IMG/VR virus record: IMGVR_UViG_3300014826_000005
Span: 1 to 64,000 of that record
Source: a virus
Lineage: Duplodnaviria; Caudoviricetes
Direction: 5' to 3' (one strand)
Length of the DNA: 64,000 nt
The translations under genes and the position numbers were made by a program. This document shows positions 52,881 to 62,978 of the stretch, piece after piece; the stretch's first letter is position 1, and every line of letters starts with the position of its first letter. The notes under the pieces are model-generated. The model saw only the letters and a list, made by a program, of their open reading frames with translations. It made no database searches and was not told the origin of the DNA.

Positions 52881-53711
52881 TTGATTAAAGAATATAAGAA
52901 GAATTCATCCTATGGAAAATATTTCTTAGCTCTCTTTAAAGAAGCAGATGAAGATGAAAATAATTATCCAGCAAATAGAAAAATCATTAATGCTAAACCG
53001 GATAACCGACGTCGTTTTGATTATACATCTTTGAATAATACTGAAGATGATAATACAAATGACGATAATCAAGATAACACTAATGATACGAATACTGAGG
53101 ATGAAGATAATCAACCTGCTGAAGATACTACTCAAGACGATACAAATGATAACAATCAAGATGATGGGGATGATACTGATTATTCAGATGATACCCCTGA
53201 TGATGATAATACAAATGATGAAAAACAAGAGGGTAATAATGATGATGAAACTGTTATCAACACAGATGATGGTGATGATGCATCAGATGATACTACGGAC
53301 TATACCGATGATGGTACTGGTAATGATAATGGTGATGAAGAGAACCAAGATGATAACCAGAATCAGGATGATGAAGGTAATGATGAAAAAAAAGGTCCAG
53401 GTATTGAGTATGATTCAACACGTAAATATATTCTCTTTAACAGATTCATTGATCTTATTACATCATTAGATAATTATATTAATAAACTTGAAAATAGTAC
53501 GACTGACGATATCAATATTAATAGAGTAATAGAAATTGCTATCGATAAGTTGCGAGATATTCGTAGCTTAGCCTATGACTATACGACAATTAAATATGAA
53601 GCAAGTACTTATGTACAATCATTATTATTCTATAATCAATTGATTGTCATGACAGAGATGATTTTTGAGTTATTAAACAAATCATCAAAGAAGCTAAATA
53701 CGCAAAAATAA
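52881..53711 (+). CDS. probable head/scaffold-associated protein with a long D/N-rich linker
   Basis: TTG start after AGGAG; about 130-aa Asp/Asn low-complexity core; directly upstream of the capsid. Confidence 0.6.
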   Translation: MIKEYKKNSSYGKYFLALFKEADEDENNYPANRKIINAKPDNRRRFDYTSLNNTEDDNTNDDNQDNTNDTNTEDEDNQPAEDTTQDDTNDNNQDDGDDTDYSDDTPDDDNTNDEKQEGNNDDETVINTDDGDDASDDTTDYTDDGTGNDNGDEENQDDNQNQDDEGNDEKKGPGIEYDSTRKYILFNRFIDLITSLDNYINKLENSTTDDININRVIEIAIDKLRDIRSLAYDYTTIKYEASTYVQSLLFYNQLIVMTEMIFELLNKSSKKLNTQK

Positions 53712-53746
53712 AATGTAATGAAAAAATATTGTATTTATCAAGTTAA

Positions 53747-53758
53747 AACATTACATTA
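53747..53758 (+). promoter_or_regulatory. putative late promoter AACA-N6-TA
   Basis: AACATTACATTA upstream of the major capsid gene. Confidence 0.55.
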
Positions 53759-53889
53759 AAAAAGTAAATTGCTGGATTTTAGCAATTGCTATTTGTTTCT
53801 AGTGAGTAGAAATGCTTTAATAGAAACAAATTATTAAAATTTTGATAAAATCCTAGATAGAAAATTTGAAAAAAGGAGTGTATTAAATA

Positions 53890-55644
53890 ATGATTACTTT
53901 CTTAACAGAATCATCAAAAGATTTTGAAGTAACTGAAACAGTTGGTGGTTTTAACCACAGCTCATCAGTAAACTCTTTCGATGATATTTTCGAAGAAGCA
54001 ACTCAATCAATTCGTGCTAATGGTATTGACCCATTAGTTGATATTAATAAATTGATTAAGAACAATGCGGCTATGAAGAGTTATAAGGATGGACTTTTAA
54101 GTCAATTAAAAGCTGAATCTGAAGACATGCAGTTATCAAATGAAGATTATGGTACTCATAATACTATTTATGAACAGACTTCTCAATTATGGGATAACTG
54201 TGTTGAAGATTTAGTAAAAGAATCAACTCGTGTAGCTTCATTATTACCAATCAAGGCTGTTGATTTCCCTGTACTTGTTAAGCAGAACTTAAAGTTAGCT
54301 ACAAAGGATATCATGCAGACTGAAGTTACAAAAACTCCAATCGTAAAGAAACACATTGAACAGACTTATATCATTGATAAGAAGTCTAATAAGAAGTGGA
54401 AATATCCACAGTGCTTCTTTAATGATGAATTCAAAGAAGTATACCAGGCTGGTAAAGGTTTACCTATTAAGAATACTAAGGTAACATTACCACAGATGGA
54501 ATACGATATTATCACTAATCTTACTGATGGTGTAAAGGATAGAGATCAGTTCACTATGGACCTTCACATTGATAAGGTTTATGTTGGTGATACTCCAATC
54601 ATTTTACATCAACCAATCAGAATCAATCCAGCTGACCAGGCATTACTTGGTGGTGTTATCAACACAACTGTTAAAGATGCTCATGGTGCTGATGTTGAAG
54701 TTAAAGATGTTATCTCTGGTTTCGCTGATCCAGAAGGTAAGACTGTAACAATTACTTCTGCTGCTGGTCAGATTACTGCAGTAGAATTCTCAGGATATCT
54801 TTCAAATGAACGTAATGAAAGAACTGTAACTTTCGATTATGCTCGTGAAGAAAGAGAATGGAAGATCGAAGACGGTTTCCGTGCTGACATCCCTTATTCT
54901 CTAGAAGAACTTGAAGATGCTAAAGCATTAATGGATATCGATCTTTACAAGAAGACTTATAACAACTTAACTGATATCTTAGCTCAGATGGAAGATAGCC
55001 AGGTATTATCTTGGTTAGATGAACAGTTCGAAAAATTCGATGGTATTGAATTAAATCCATTAGATTGGAACCCATTCATTACTAAACAGGTATTCGATTG
55101 TGATTCAACTTCATTAACTACAGCTTTACCAAATGAATACATCGAAAAGATGTTAAAATTCCAGATTGACCGTCTGTTAATCGACATTGCTGATAAAGCT
55201 AAGTTAGAAGATATGACTTTCGTTATCTATGGTAACCCAAGATTTATCTCATTATTGAACTCTGTTGTAAACTGGGTAACTCGTCCTGGTTCTACATCAA
55301 ATGGTGTTAAACTTGACTATGGTTATGGTATCATGACTTCTGGTGATATCAAGGTTCAGGTTGTATCAACTAAGAAGGTTAATGCTAAATACGACAAGGA
55401 TACTAAGTTATTCTCTGGTTTACGTATTATTCCATTCCCTCTTTCAGAAGAACAGTTCACATTCAAACATTATAAATATACAACTCATATCTTAACAGCT
55501 CAGAACTCAGCTTATCGTTCAGCTGACTTACCTGGCGGATCTATGACTTACTTAATGGGTACTTCACGTTATACTAACGCATCTATCCAGGGTATTCAGG
55601 GTCAAATGCAGTTAGCTAATGCTGAACAGTGGATTAAGTTATAA
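53890..55644 (+). CDS. major capsid protein
   Basis: 584 aa, AAGGAG RBS, strongly biased codon usage (TTC/AAC/CAG), own late motif and terminator, near the prohead protease. Confidence 0.75.
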   Translation: MITFLTESSKDFEVTETVGGFNHSSSVNSFDDIFEEATQSIRANGIDPLVDINKLIKNNAAMKSYKDGLLSQLKAESEDMQLSNEDYGTHNTIYEQTSQLWDNCVEDLVKESTRVASLLPIKAVDFPVLVKQNLKLATKDIMQTEVTKTPIVKKHIEQTYIIDKKSNKKWKYPQCFFNDEFKEVYQAGKGLPIKNTKVTLPQMEYDIITNLTDGVKDRDQFTMDLHIDKVYVGDTPIILHQPIRINPADQALLGGVINTTVKDAHGADVEVKDVISGFADPEGKTVTITSAAGQITAVEFSGYLSNERNERTVTFDYAREEREWKIEDGFRADIPYSLEELEDAKALMDIDLYKKTYNNLTDILAQMEDSQVLSWLDEQFEKFDGIELNPLDWNPFITKQVFDCDSTSLTTALPNEYIEKMLKFQIDRLLIDIADKAKLEDMTFVIYGNPRFISLLNSVVNWVTRPGSTSNGVKLDYGYGIMTSGDIKVQVVSTKKVNAKYDKDTKLFSGLRIIPFPLSEEQFTFKHYKYTTHILTAQNSAYRSADLPGGSMTYLMGTSRYTNASIQGIQGQMQLANAEQWIKL

Positions 55645-55660
55645 TATAAATAATGCTATC

Positions 55661-55702
55661 ATATGAAGTAACTACAATGTAGTTACTTCATATATTTTTT
55701 TA
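55661..55702 (+). terminator. intrinsic terminator after the capsid gene
   Basis: ATATGAAGTAACTACA-A-TGTAGTTACTTCATAT plus T-run. Confidence 0.75.
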
Positions 55703-55805
55703 CCTTATCAATCTACACACTATTTCTAAAAACAAAATAATTAAGGATAGTATTTTTTGAACTAGAAATAAAAATATTTTTCTAATATATAGGAGGAAAA
55801 TAGTT

Positions 55806-56711
55806 ATGCGTTTTAATGTTCATGGCGGTCACTCTCTTAGATGCAGAGGAGCTTCAGGTTTACTAGATGAAACAAATGAAGACCGCAAAGTAAAAAATGC
55901 TCTTATTAGTTTACTTAGATCTCAAGGTCATACTGTTTATGACTGTACTGATGATGTTGGCTCTACTCAAAATCAAAACCTTCATAATATTGTCAATAAG
56001 TGTAATGCTCATAAAGTTGACTTAGATATCTCTATCCACTTAAATGCTGGTGGAGGTCATGGATGTGAAGTTTATGGCTATAGCAATAGAATGAGTGGTG
56101 TTGGTGCTCGTGTATCTGCTAATATTGCAAGTGCATTAGGTATTACTAATAGAGGATTTAAAGTAAGAACTAATCTTTATGTTCTTCATAGAACAAATTC
56201 ACCTGCTATCTTAGTTGAATGCTGCTTTGTTGATAGTGCAACAGATAAAGCACATTGGAATGTAGATAAGTGTGCAAAAGCTATTGCTGAAGGTGTTACT
56301 GGTAAGGCTATTACTGAATCAGCTAAACCAGCTCCAGCTCCTGCACCAGCTCCAAAACCTGCAACACATTCATCAAATAAGATTTCTGTAGATGGTGTTT
56401 GGGGTAAAGGTACAAACAGAAGATTACAGCAATGGTTAGGTATGAGAACTGTTGATGGTATTATTTCTAATCAGCCTGTAAGTGCTAAAAAGGTACTCAT
56501 TAGTATTGATCCTAAGGGATGGGAATTTGAAACTGGTGGAAAAGGTTCACCAACTATTTCAGCTCTCCAGAAGAGATTAGGTATTGGTGCTGATGGTAAA
56601 CTTGGTCCTAATACAATTAAAGCTATCCAAAGATGGGTTGGTACTACTGCTGATGGAGTCGCTGGTCCTAAGACTGTAAGAGCTCTACAGAATAAGTTAA
56701 ACTCATTATAA
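55806..56711 (+). CDS. endolysin: N-acetylmuramoyl-L-alanine amidase (Amidase_3) with peptidoglycan-binding repeats
   Basis: HGGH...GAS...E, ISIHLNA, AILVECCFVDS; PAPAPAP linker; VDGVWG, ADGKLGPNT and ADGVAGPKT repeats. Confidence 0.9.
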   Translation: MRFNVHGGHSLRCRGASGLLDETNEDRKVKNALISLLRSQGHTVYDCTDDVGSTQNQNLHNIVNKCNAHKVDLDISIHLNAGGGHGCEVYGYSNRMSGVGARVSANIASALGITNRGFKVRTNLYVLHRTNSPAILVECCFVDSATDKAHWNVDKCAKAIAEGVTGKAITESAKPAPAPAPAPKPATHSSNKISVDGVWGKGTNRRLQQWLGMRTVDGIISNQPVSAKKVLISIDPKGWEFETGGKGSPTISALQKRLGIGADGKLGPNTIKAIQRWVGTTADGVAGPKTVRALQNKLNSL

Positions 56712-57266
56712 AATAAAGAAGATAACTGGTATATTATTCCAGTTATCTTTTCTAATAAAGAAAAAAAATGAAATACTAGATAAAATATTTTATCTAGTAT
56801 TTCTTTATATAAATAGTAAGGAACGTGTACACAGATCGTTCTCTTATTGGTATAAATACCAACCATAAATAGGTATAAGATGTTGGGTTAAGTTGGGTTA
56901 ATAGAACCTATTTATGTCTATTCGTCAAACTATTTTCTATTAATACAATGTTGAAAATTCTATTTAAAGATTTACATTAATATAATAATTATATCATTAG
57001 GAGAAAATTATATTATGACATTATTGATTCTCATTGTAGCAATTTTATTTATTTTATATATTGATTTTTGTGATTTTAAAAGATAACTAAAGGATTTTTT
57101 AAATATAACACTATGGATTTTATCGAATTTATTGTAAATAACTATGTAGAACTTATTTCTATTTTAGTTGTATTAATTATTTACCATTTTCTTCTCGATG
57201 ATTAATTAGATGAAATATAGATATATGATTAGAATATTAATCATATATCTATATTTTCCTACTTTA

Positions 57267-57662
57267 TTAATTATAAGCTAATTGATTCTGCTTACTTTCA
57301 TCTTTAATTTTTTGAATAAGATTGTTAATTTTATGCTGTAACAATTTTAATTTAGATTTATCATTTGATTGAATCTCATCTTTGATGTTATCAATAGCAT
57401 GTTTATAATGCGTTCCATGTTTTTTATTTAAATCATAAAGATTATTAATATCTCTTGATAATTTAGCATATTGAGCAGTTCTTGTAATATTTTCTACTTT
57501 ATTATTTTGTCTTATTGCTCTTTTATCAAGGTATTCAACTTTAGCTTCTGTTAAGTATTTAGAGAATGCTAAAGTTGTAACTTTATTAAATTCTTCTAAT
57601 GTAATTTCATCATTTACAAAGTTGTCGAAAACAGCTTCATATACGATTGCATATTTATCCAT
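57267..57662 (-). CDS. hypothetical protein, possibly head-associated (131 aa)
   Basis: AGGAGG RBS; late motif at 57693-57704; YLTEA motif. Confidence 0.65.
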   Translation of the reverse strand: MDKYAIVYEAVFDNFVNDEITLEEFNKVTTLAFSKYLTEAKVEYLDKRAIRQNNKVENITRTAQYAKLSRDINNLYDLNKKHGTHYKHAIDNIKDEIQSNDKSKLKLLQHKINNLIQKIKDESKQNQLAYN

Positions 57663-57794
57663 AAAAAATGATTCCTCCTTTTGTGCGTATATTAAAAAGA
57701 TGTTTTATATACCCCATATTACTAAGTAATTTTCACAAAAAGTAATCAAAAAAACATTAACTTAAGATTTTTAATATGGAAAGGAGGCTCTCAT

Positions 57795-58649
57795 ATGAAT
57801 GACCAAAATTTAGGTTATATGTATATCAGTGAGTCGTTTTCTTCAAATAGTGATATCAAAAATGTCCAACAGAATAAATCTAATGATTTATTCTATGTAA
57901 CATTTGATACAAATTTACAAGATTTTGATGTCAAAAATAGAAACCAACGATATTATGATGCAAAAAATATTATGGATTGTATTCATACAGAAAAGATTCA
58001 ATCTCTTCTTGCATCTAACGGTTGGTTTGGTGAATTTGACCACCCAGCTCCTGAAATAGCTGGTGAAAAACTTTCTCCTGAACGTATACAAAATGTCCCA
58101 CCTCAATATCGAGCTTTTAAGATTATGAATCCTCATCTTGAAGGTAATATTTTAAAGGCTACTATTCAATCAGCACAAGGACAAGTGGGTGAAGGATTTG
58201 GTAAAGAAGTATTGGCTGGATGGGTTCCACAATTTTCATGTCGAGCTATTGCTACTATGGAAAATCGTGCAGGTAAACCATACGTCAATGTAAAAAGATT
58301 AATCACATATGATGCACCATGGTATCCTTCTCATGCTGTTGCTCATGCAACAAGTGCACCTGTTGTACATACAAAATCATTTACTGAATCAGCTCAGACT
58401 GTTTTAGAAAGTGCTAAGGATAAAATTAATGGTGTAATGATTCCATTAAAAGAAATTTTGGAATACGTTGGAAAAACAGATGTCAATACACGTATGATTA
58501 TGGAAGCATTTGAATTACCTCTTGATAATCTTGCTGGTTTTGATAAGAATCGTCAACATGTTCTCATTAAAGATGATTCAAATACAATTTATGCAAATAT
58601 TGACCCTGAAACAGTAAAACGTGTCAATGATTTCTATGAATCATTTTAA
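57795..58649 (+). CDS. prohead core protease (T4 gp21-like)
   Basis: LQDFDVKNRNQRYY, GEFDHP, FSCRA; late motif at 57753-57764. Confidence 0.85.
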   Translation: MNDQNLGYMYISESFSSNSDIKNVQQNKSNDLFYVTFDTNLQDFDVKNRNQRYYDAKNIMDCIHTEKIQSLLASNGWFGEFDHPAPEIAGEKLSPERIQNVPPQYRAFKIMNPHLEGNILKATIQSAQGQVGEGFGKEVLAGWVPQFSCRAIATMENRAGKPYVNVKRLITYDAPWYPSHAVAHATSAPVVHTKSFTESAQTVLESAKDKINGVMIPLKEILEYVGKTDVNTRMIMEAFELPLDNLAGFDKNRQHVLIKDDSNTIYANIDPETVKRVNDFYESF

Positions 58650-58684
58650 TAGTAATTAGAATTAATTAGAAAGGAGATTATGAC

Positions 58685-61600
58685 ATGGCTACAACTGATC
58701 AGAAGGACTTATCTATACAGATGGTCCATATTGATGATCAAAAAGATGTTCATCAGCTTTATCCTAAAACAAAGGATAAAAATGTAACGGTAGAATCAAC
58801 AAATAAAGCATTGCCTACAGGTATTTCATCATTAAAAGACCTTGTTGATAAATTAGGTGATACAGCATTTACAAGTTCTACTGTTATAGGTATTACTACT
58901 GATGAACGTAATAAATTAAAAGGCATCGAAGAAGGTGCACAGGTCAACATGGTTGACGGTGTAAAAGGCGATGCTGAAACATATTATAGAACTGGTGATA
59001 TCAATATTACTAAGGCCAATATTGGACTAGGTAGTGTTGAAAATAAATCATCTGCAACTATAAGAAGTGAAATTACTTCACAAAATGTTACATCTGCTTT
59101 AGGCTATACTCCTCCTAAACAGGATACAACATATAGTGATGCAACAACTCAAGTTCATGGTTTAATGTCTACTGATGACAAAGTTAAACTTGATGGTATT
59201 GCTCCTGGTGCACAGGTCAATTCTATTACTGGTGTTAAAGGTGATAATGAAACAACATACCGTACTGGTAATGTGAATATCACTAAAGCTAATATTGGTT
59301 TAACAAACGTTGAAGATAAGTCATCTGCAACAATTCGAGGAGAATTGACATCTAAGAATGTTACGGATGCACTAGGCTATGCACCTCCTAGAGTTAATAC
59401 AACTTATGAAGAAGCAACCACAACAACTGATGGTTTATTATCTTCAGAAGATAAAACAAAATTAGACTCTATTGAAAGTGGTGCCCAAAAGAATACTGTT
59501 ACAGGTGTTAAAGGCTATAATGAATCTGCTTATCGTAGAGGTGATATTGTCATCACTAAAGCTAATATCGGTTTAACAAACGTTGAAGACAAATCATCTG
59601 AAACAATTCGAGGAGAATTGACATCTAAAAATGTTACGGATGCATTAGGATATACACCTCCTAAACAAGATACAACTTATCCACCAGCAAATGGTTCAAC
59701 TCTAGGGTTAATTAAAACTGGTGGAAGTTTAACATTAACAAGCGGTGTGGCTACTGTTAATGATAACTCACATAAGCATACAATTGCTAATATTACGAAT
59801 TTACAATCATCATTAGATAGTAAATTAAATACATCTCTAAAAGGTGCTAAAAATGGATTAGCTGAACTTGATGAAAATGGTCTTGTACCTTCTACTCAAT
59901 TACCTTCATACGTTGATGATGTTATTGAAGTGAATATGGGTTCAGATTTAACATCCGCAACATTAGCAAATGATTCACCAGTTACACCAGAAGCAGGTAA
60001 GATTTATGTTGATTTAGCATCAAATAAAACTTACAGATGGTCTGGTACAACATTCGTTGTTATTTCTGATACTATTGCTTTAGGCGAAACATCAACAACA
60101 GCATTTGATGGTGCTCGTGGTAAGGTTGCTTATAACCATTCACAATCTGCTCATGCAAGAGTTGATGCTACTTTAACACAAGCATCTACTACTAATGGTA
60201 ATATTAAAATTAATGGTACTGAAACAAAAGTCTATACTCACCCAGGTTATACTGCTCAAAAGAGTGGTTTATATAAAGTTACTGTAGATGGTAGTGGACA
60301 TGTGAGTGCTGTTACAGCTGTCACAAAAGCTGATATTACTGCATTAGGTATCCCAGGCCAAGATACGAATACAACATACGTTGCTGCAACATCAACTGCT
60401 AATGGTTTGATGTCATCATCTGATAAAGCAAAATTAGATGGTATCGCAAGTGGAGCAAACGCATACACTCACCCAGGATATACATCAAGAACAAGTGGTC
60501 TTTACAAAATCACTGTTGACAGTTTAGGTCACGTAAGTGCTGTAGCATCTGTTACTAAAGCAGATATTACAGGTTTAGGTATTCCTGGTTCTGATACAAC
60601 TTATAGTACAATGACTGGTGCAACAACTGATGCCGATGGCTCAAAAGGTCTGGTTCCAGCACCATCTAAAGGTAGTAATTCACGTTACTTACGTTCTGAT
60701 GGTACATGGGTCACTCCACCTAATACAACATATCCTAATGCATCATCATCAGTTAATGGTTTGATGTCAGCATCTGATAAAGCAAAATTAGATGGTATTG
60801 CTAGTGGTGCAAATAAATACACTCATCCAGGATATACAGCTTATGATTCTGGATTCTATAAAGTTTCTGTAGACTCTACAGGCCATGTTGCTGCTGCTGT
60901 AGCCGTTAGTAAATCAGATATTACAAGCTTAGGTATTCCAGGACAAGATACAACTTATGCTGATGCTACTACATCAGCTCATGGTTTAATGACAGCTGCT
61001 ATGGTATCTAAACTTAATGGAATAGCTTCTGGTGCAAATGCATACAGTCACCCAACATATTCATCACATGCATCGGGATTATATAAAATAACAGTTGATG
61101 GTACCGGTCACGTAAGTGCTGTAGCATCTGTTACTAAATCAGATATCGCTGCATTAGGTATTCCTAGTTCTGATACGACATATGGTCTTATGAAGGGTGC
61201 TACATCATCTGTTGATGGTGCAACAGGTTTGGTTCCCGCACCATCTAAAGGTGACAGTTCACGTTACTTACGTTCAGATGGTACATGGGTCACTCCACCT
61301 AATACAACATATTCAGATGCTACAACATCAGCCCATGGTTTAATGACAGCTGCTATGGTGTCTAAACTTAATGGAATAGCAAGTGGTGCGAATGCATATA
61401 GTCACCCAGGATATACATCAAGATCAAGTGGTCTTTATAAGATTACGGTAGATAGTACTGGTCATGTAAGTGCTGTATCATCTGTTACTAAAGCAGATAT
61501 TACTGCATTAGGTATCCCAGGACAGGATACTAATACAACATATGGTGTTGTATCATCATCGTCAAATGGGTTGATGTCACCAACAATGTTGAACACATTA

Positions 61601-62938
61601 AATAGTGTTAATAGTGCTATTGGTGGGAAGTATTCGTCAAGTGGCGGCACTTTAAATGGTGACATAACATTCCCTGAAATTGGTAGTACTGGTTCAAGTA
61701 AAGGTATTAACTGGTCAGGAGGTACTGATGGTGCTAGAATCTATTATAAAACAACGGCTCAAGATGCAGGCCATTTAGTATTTCAGGCTACAGACGATGC
61801 TGACGCCGTCATTGACTTTGAATGGAATATTGGAGGTACAGTTTCTAGAAAATCATACATCACATCGGATGGTGTTTATCATGGTACTGCTACTTATGCT
61901 ACTAGTGCTGGATCGGCAAATAGTGTTGCTTGGGGCAATGTAACTGGTAAACCATCTACATATACTCCATCGTCGCATACACATACTATCGCTCAAATAA
62001 CTAATTTAGAGTCAACTTTAGACGGTAAGGCAGCTAAATCACACACTCATGGTATTAGTGATATTACTAATTTACAAAGTACTATCAACACCATTAATAG
62101 CAATAAAGCTGATCTGTCGTATTTAAATAAAAACTTTTACAGTACGACAAGTGTCGATAATATAATTAATGGTTTGAATTATAAAGCAATCAGTCTTAAT
62201 GGAGGTAATACTGCAAACTATCCTTACCATAGATTCTTATCTATACAGAATCTAACAGGTCAATGGAGTGATACTGTAGGTATTTATCTAATAGATAAAA
62301 GATATGATGGTGGGGGATACGGTATTGTAAAAGTAACATTACGAACAAATGACAAAATTTCAAATTACTCGGTTTCTATAAGATGGCTCGCAAGATCTTC
62401 ATCGTTTGCAGCAGCAGATATATCGTATGGTGCATATTTACATGATAATAAGTTAGATGTCGATGTGTTTATGAAATGCGGTGGCTGGCCTAGAACGAAA
62501 GTATATAATATATTTGGCGCATCAGATTGGACTATGATGAGTTCTGAAGAATCTAATGATACAACTACAACAAATAGACTAAAATCTGTTGAATGTTATT
62601 CTTCTTTAGCAGATGCTGGAACAAAAATACATTCAGCATCTTATTCACGTACTGGTGAAGGTGTAGATGAAGGTGTTGTAGCTAGAGCTACTAATGCCGA
62701 TAATGCGTCTAGTGTAGCTTGGGGCAATGTAACTGGTAAACCATCTACATATACTCCATCATCACATACACATACTATCTCTCAAATAACTAATTTACAG
62801 TCAACTTTAGATAGTAAAGCTGCTGCAAATCACACACATCCATACATTTCGACATCTGTCAATTATGTTCTTATTACAGATGAAACAAATTTAACAGCAT
62901 ATGATGCAAGTTCCGCAAAGTGGAATGCACCTTCATAA
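58685..62938 (+). CDS. long tail fibre protein with modular repeats; C-terminus probably exchangeable
   Basis: 1417 aa Thr/Ser/Gly-rich; 3x ITKANIGL...ALGY and 5x HPGY...GLYK.TVD..GHV...LGIP repeats; HTH motifs. Confidence 0.9.
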   Translation: MATTDQKDLSIQMVHIDDQKDVHQLYPKTKDKNVTVESTNKALPTGISSLKDLVDKLGDTAFTSSTVIGITTDERNKLKGIEEGAQVNMVDGVKGDAETYYRTGDINITKANIGLGSVENKSSATIRSEITSQNVTSALGYTPPKQDTTYSDATTQVHGLMSTDDKVKLDGIAPGAQVNSITGVKGDNETTYRTGNVNITKANIGLTNVEDKSSATIRGELTSKNVTDALGYAPPRVNTTYEEATTTTDGLLSSEDKTKLDSIESGAQKNTVTGVKGYNESAYRRGDIVITKANIGLTNVEDKSSETIRGELTSKNVTDALGYTPPKQDTTYPPANGSTLGLIKTGGSLTLTSGVATVNDNSHKHTIANITNLQSSLDSKLNTSLKGAKNGLAELDENGLVPSTQLPSYVDDVIEVNMGSDLTSATLANDSPVTPEAGKIYVDLASNKTYRWSGTTFVVISDTIALGETSTTAFDGARGKVAYNHSQSAHARVDATLTQASTTNGNIKINGTETKVYTHPGYTAQKSGLYKVTVDGSGHVSAVTAVTKADITALGIPGQDTNTTYVAATSTANGLMSSSDKAKLDGIASGANAYTHPGYTSRTSGLYKITVDSLGHVSAVASVTKADITGLGIPGSDTTYSTMTGATTDADGSKGLVPAPSKGSNSRYLRSDGTWVTPPNTTYPNASSSVNGLMSASDKAKLDGIASGANKYTHPGYTAYDSGFYKVSVDSTGHVAAAVAVSKSDITSLGIPGQDTTYADATTSAHGLMTAAMVSKLNGIASGANAYSHPTYSSHASGLYKITVDGTGHVSAVASVTKSDIAALGIPSSDTTYGLMKGATSSVDGATGLVPAPSKGDSSRYLRSDGTWVTPPNTTYSDATTSAHGLMTAAMVSKLNGIASGANAYSHPGYTSRSSGLYKITVDSTGHVSAVSSVTKADITALGIPGQDTNTTYGVVSSSSNGLMSPTMLNTLNSVNSAIGGKYSSSGGTLNGDITFPEIGSTGSSKGINWSGGTDGARIYYKTTAQDAGHLVFQATDDADAVIDFEWNIGGTVSRKSYITSDGVYHGTATYATSAGSANSVAWGNVTGKPSTYTPSSHTHTIAQITNLESTLDGKAAKSHTHGISDITNLQSTINTINSNKADLSYLNKNFYSTTSVDNIINGLNYKAISLNGGNTANYPYHRFLSIQNLTGQWSDTVGIYLIDKRYDGGGYGIVKVTLRTNDKISNYSVSIRWLARSSSFAAADISYGAYLHDNKLDVDVFMKCGGWPRTKVYNIFGASDWTMMSSEESNDTTTTNRLKSVECYSSLADAGTKIHSASYSRTGEGVDEGVVARATNADNASSVAWGNVTGKPSTYTPSSHTHTISQITNLQSTLDSKAAANHTHPYISTSVNYVLITDETNLTAYDASSAKWNAPS
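60230..61545 (+). repeat. five copies of a roughly 50-aa fibre shaft module with interspersed linker repeats
   Basis: Y(T/S)HP.Y...SG(L/F)YK.(T/S)VD..GHV..........LGIP..DT..Y seen five times. Confidence 0.85.
62097..62105 (+). other. putative crossover core in the tail fibre gene (ATAGCAATA, frame AT|AGC|AAT|A)
   Basis: Same 9-mer and same reading phase as the sites at 63405-63413 (-) and 63480-63488 (+). Confidence 0.65.
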
Positions 62939-62946
62939 TAAAGAAA

Positions 62947-62978
62947 AAATATAGAATGGGCTAGCCCATTCTATATTT
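62947..62978. terminator. 32-bp perfect palindrome between convergent fibre-tip frames (bidirectional terminator)
   Basis: AAATATAGAATGGGCTAGCCCATTCTATATTT. Confidence 0.75.

Noticed and set aside
52926-53469. Alternative-frame ORFs over the D/N-rich gene, and similar shadow ORFs (e.g. 1062, 4248, 14173, 22281, 30908, 32246, 49639, 56471)
   Set aside because: They overlap longer RBS-led genes or structured RNA, and their Ile/Met-rich translations are frame artefacts of GAT/AAT repeats
61921-62824. Fibre direct repeats as a DGR template/variable pair
   Set aside because: Differences are not adenine-restricted (4 of 9 are not A in either orientation's template), about two-thirds are synonymous, and no reverse transcriptase is in the window
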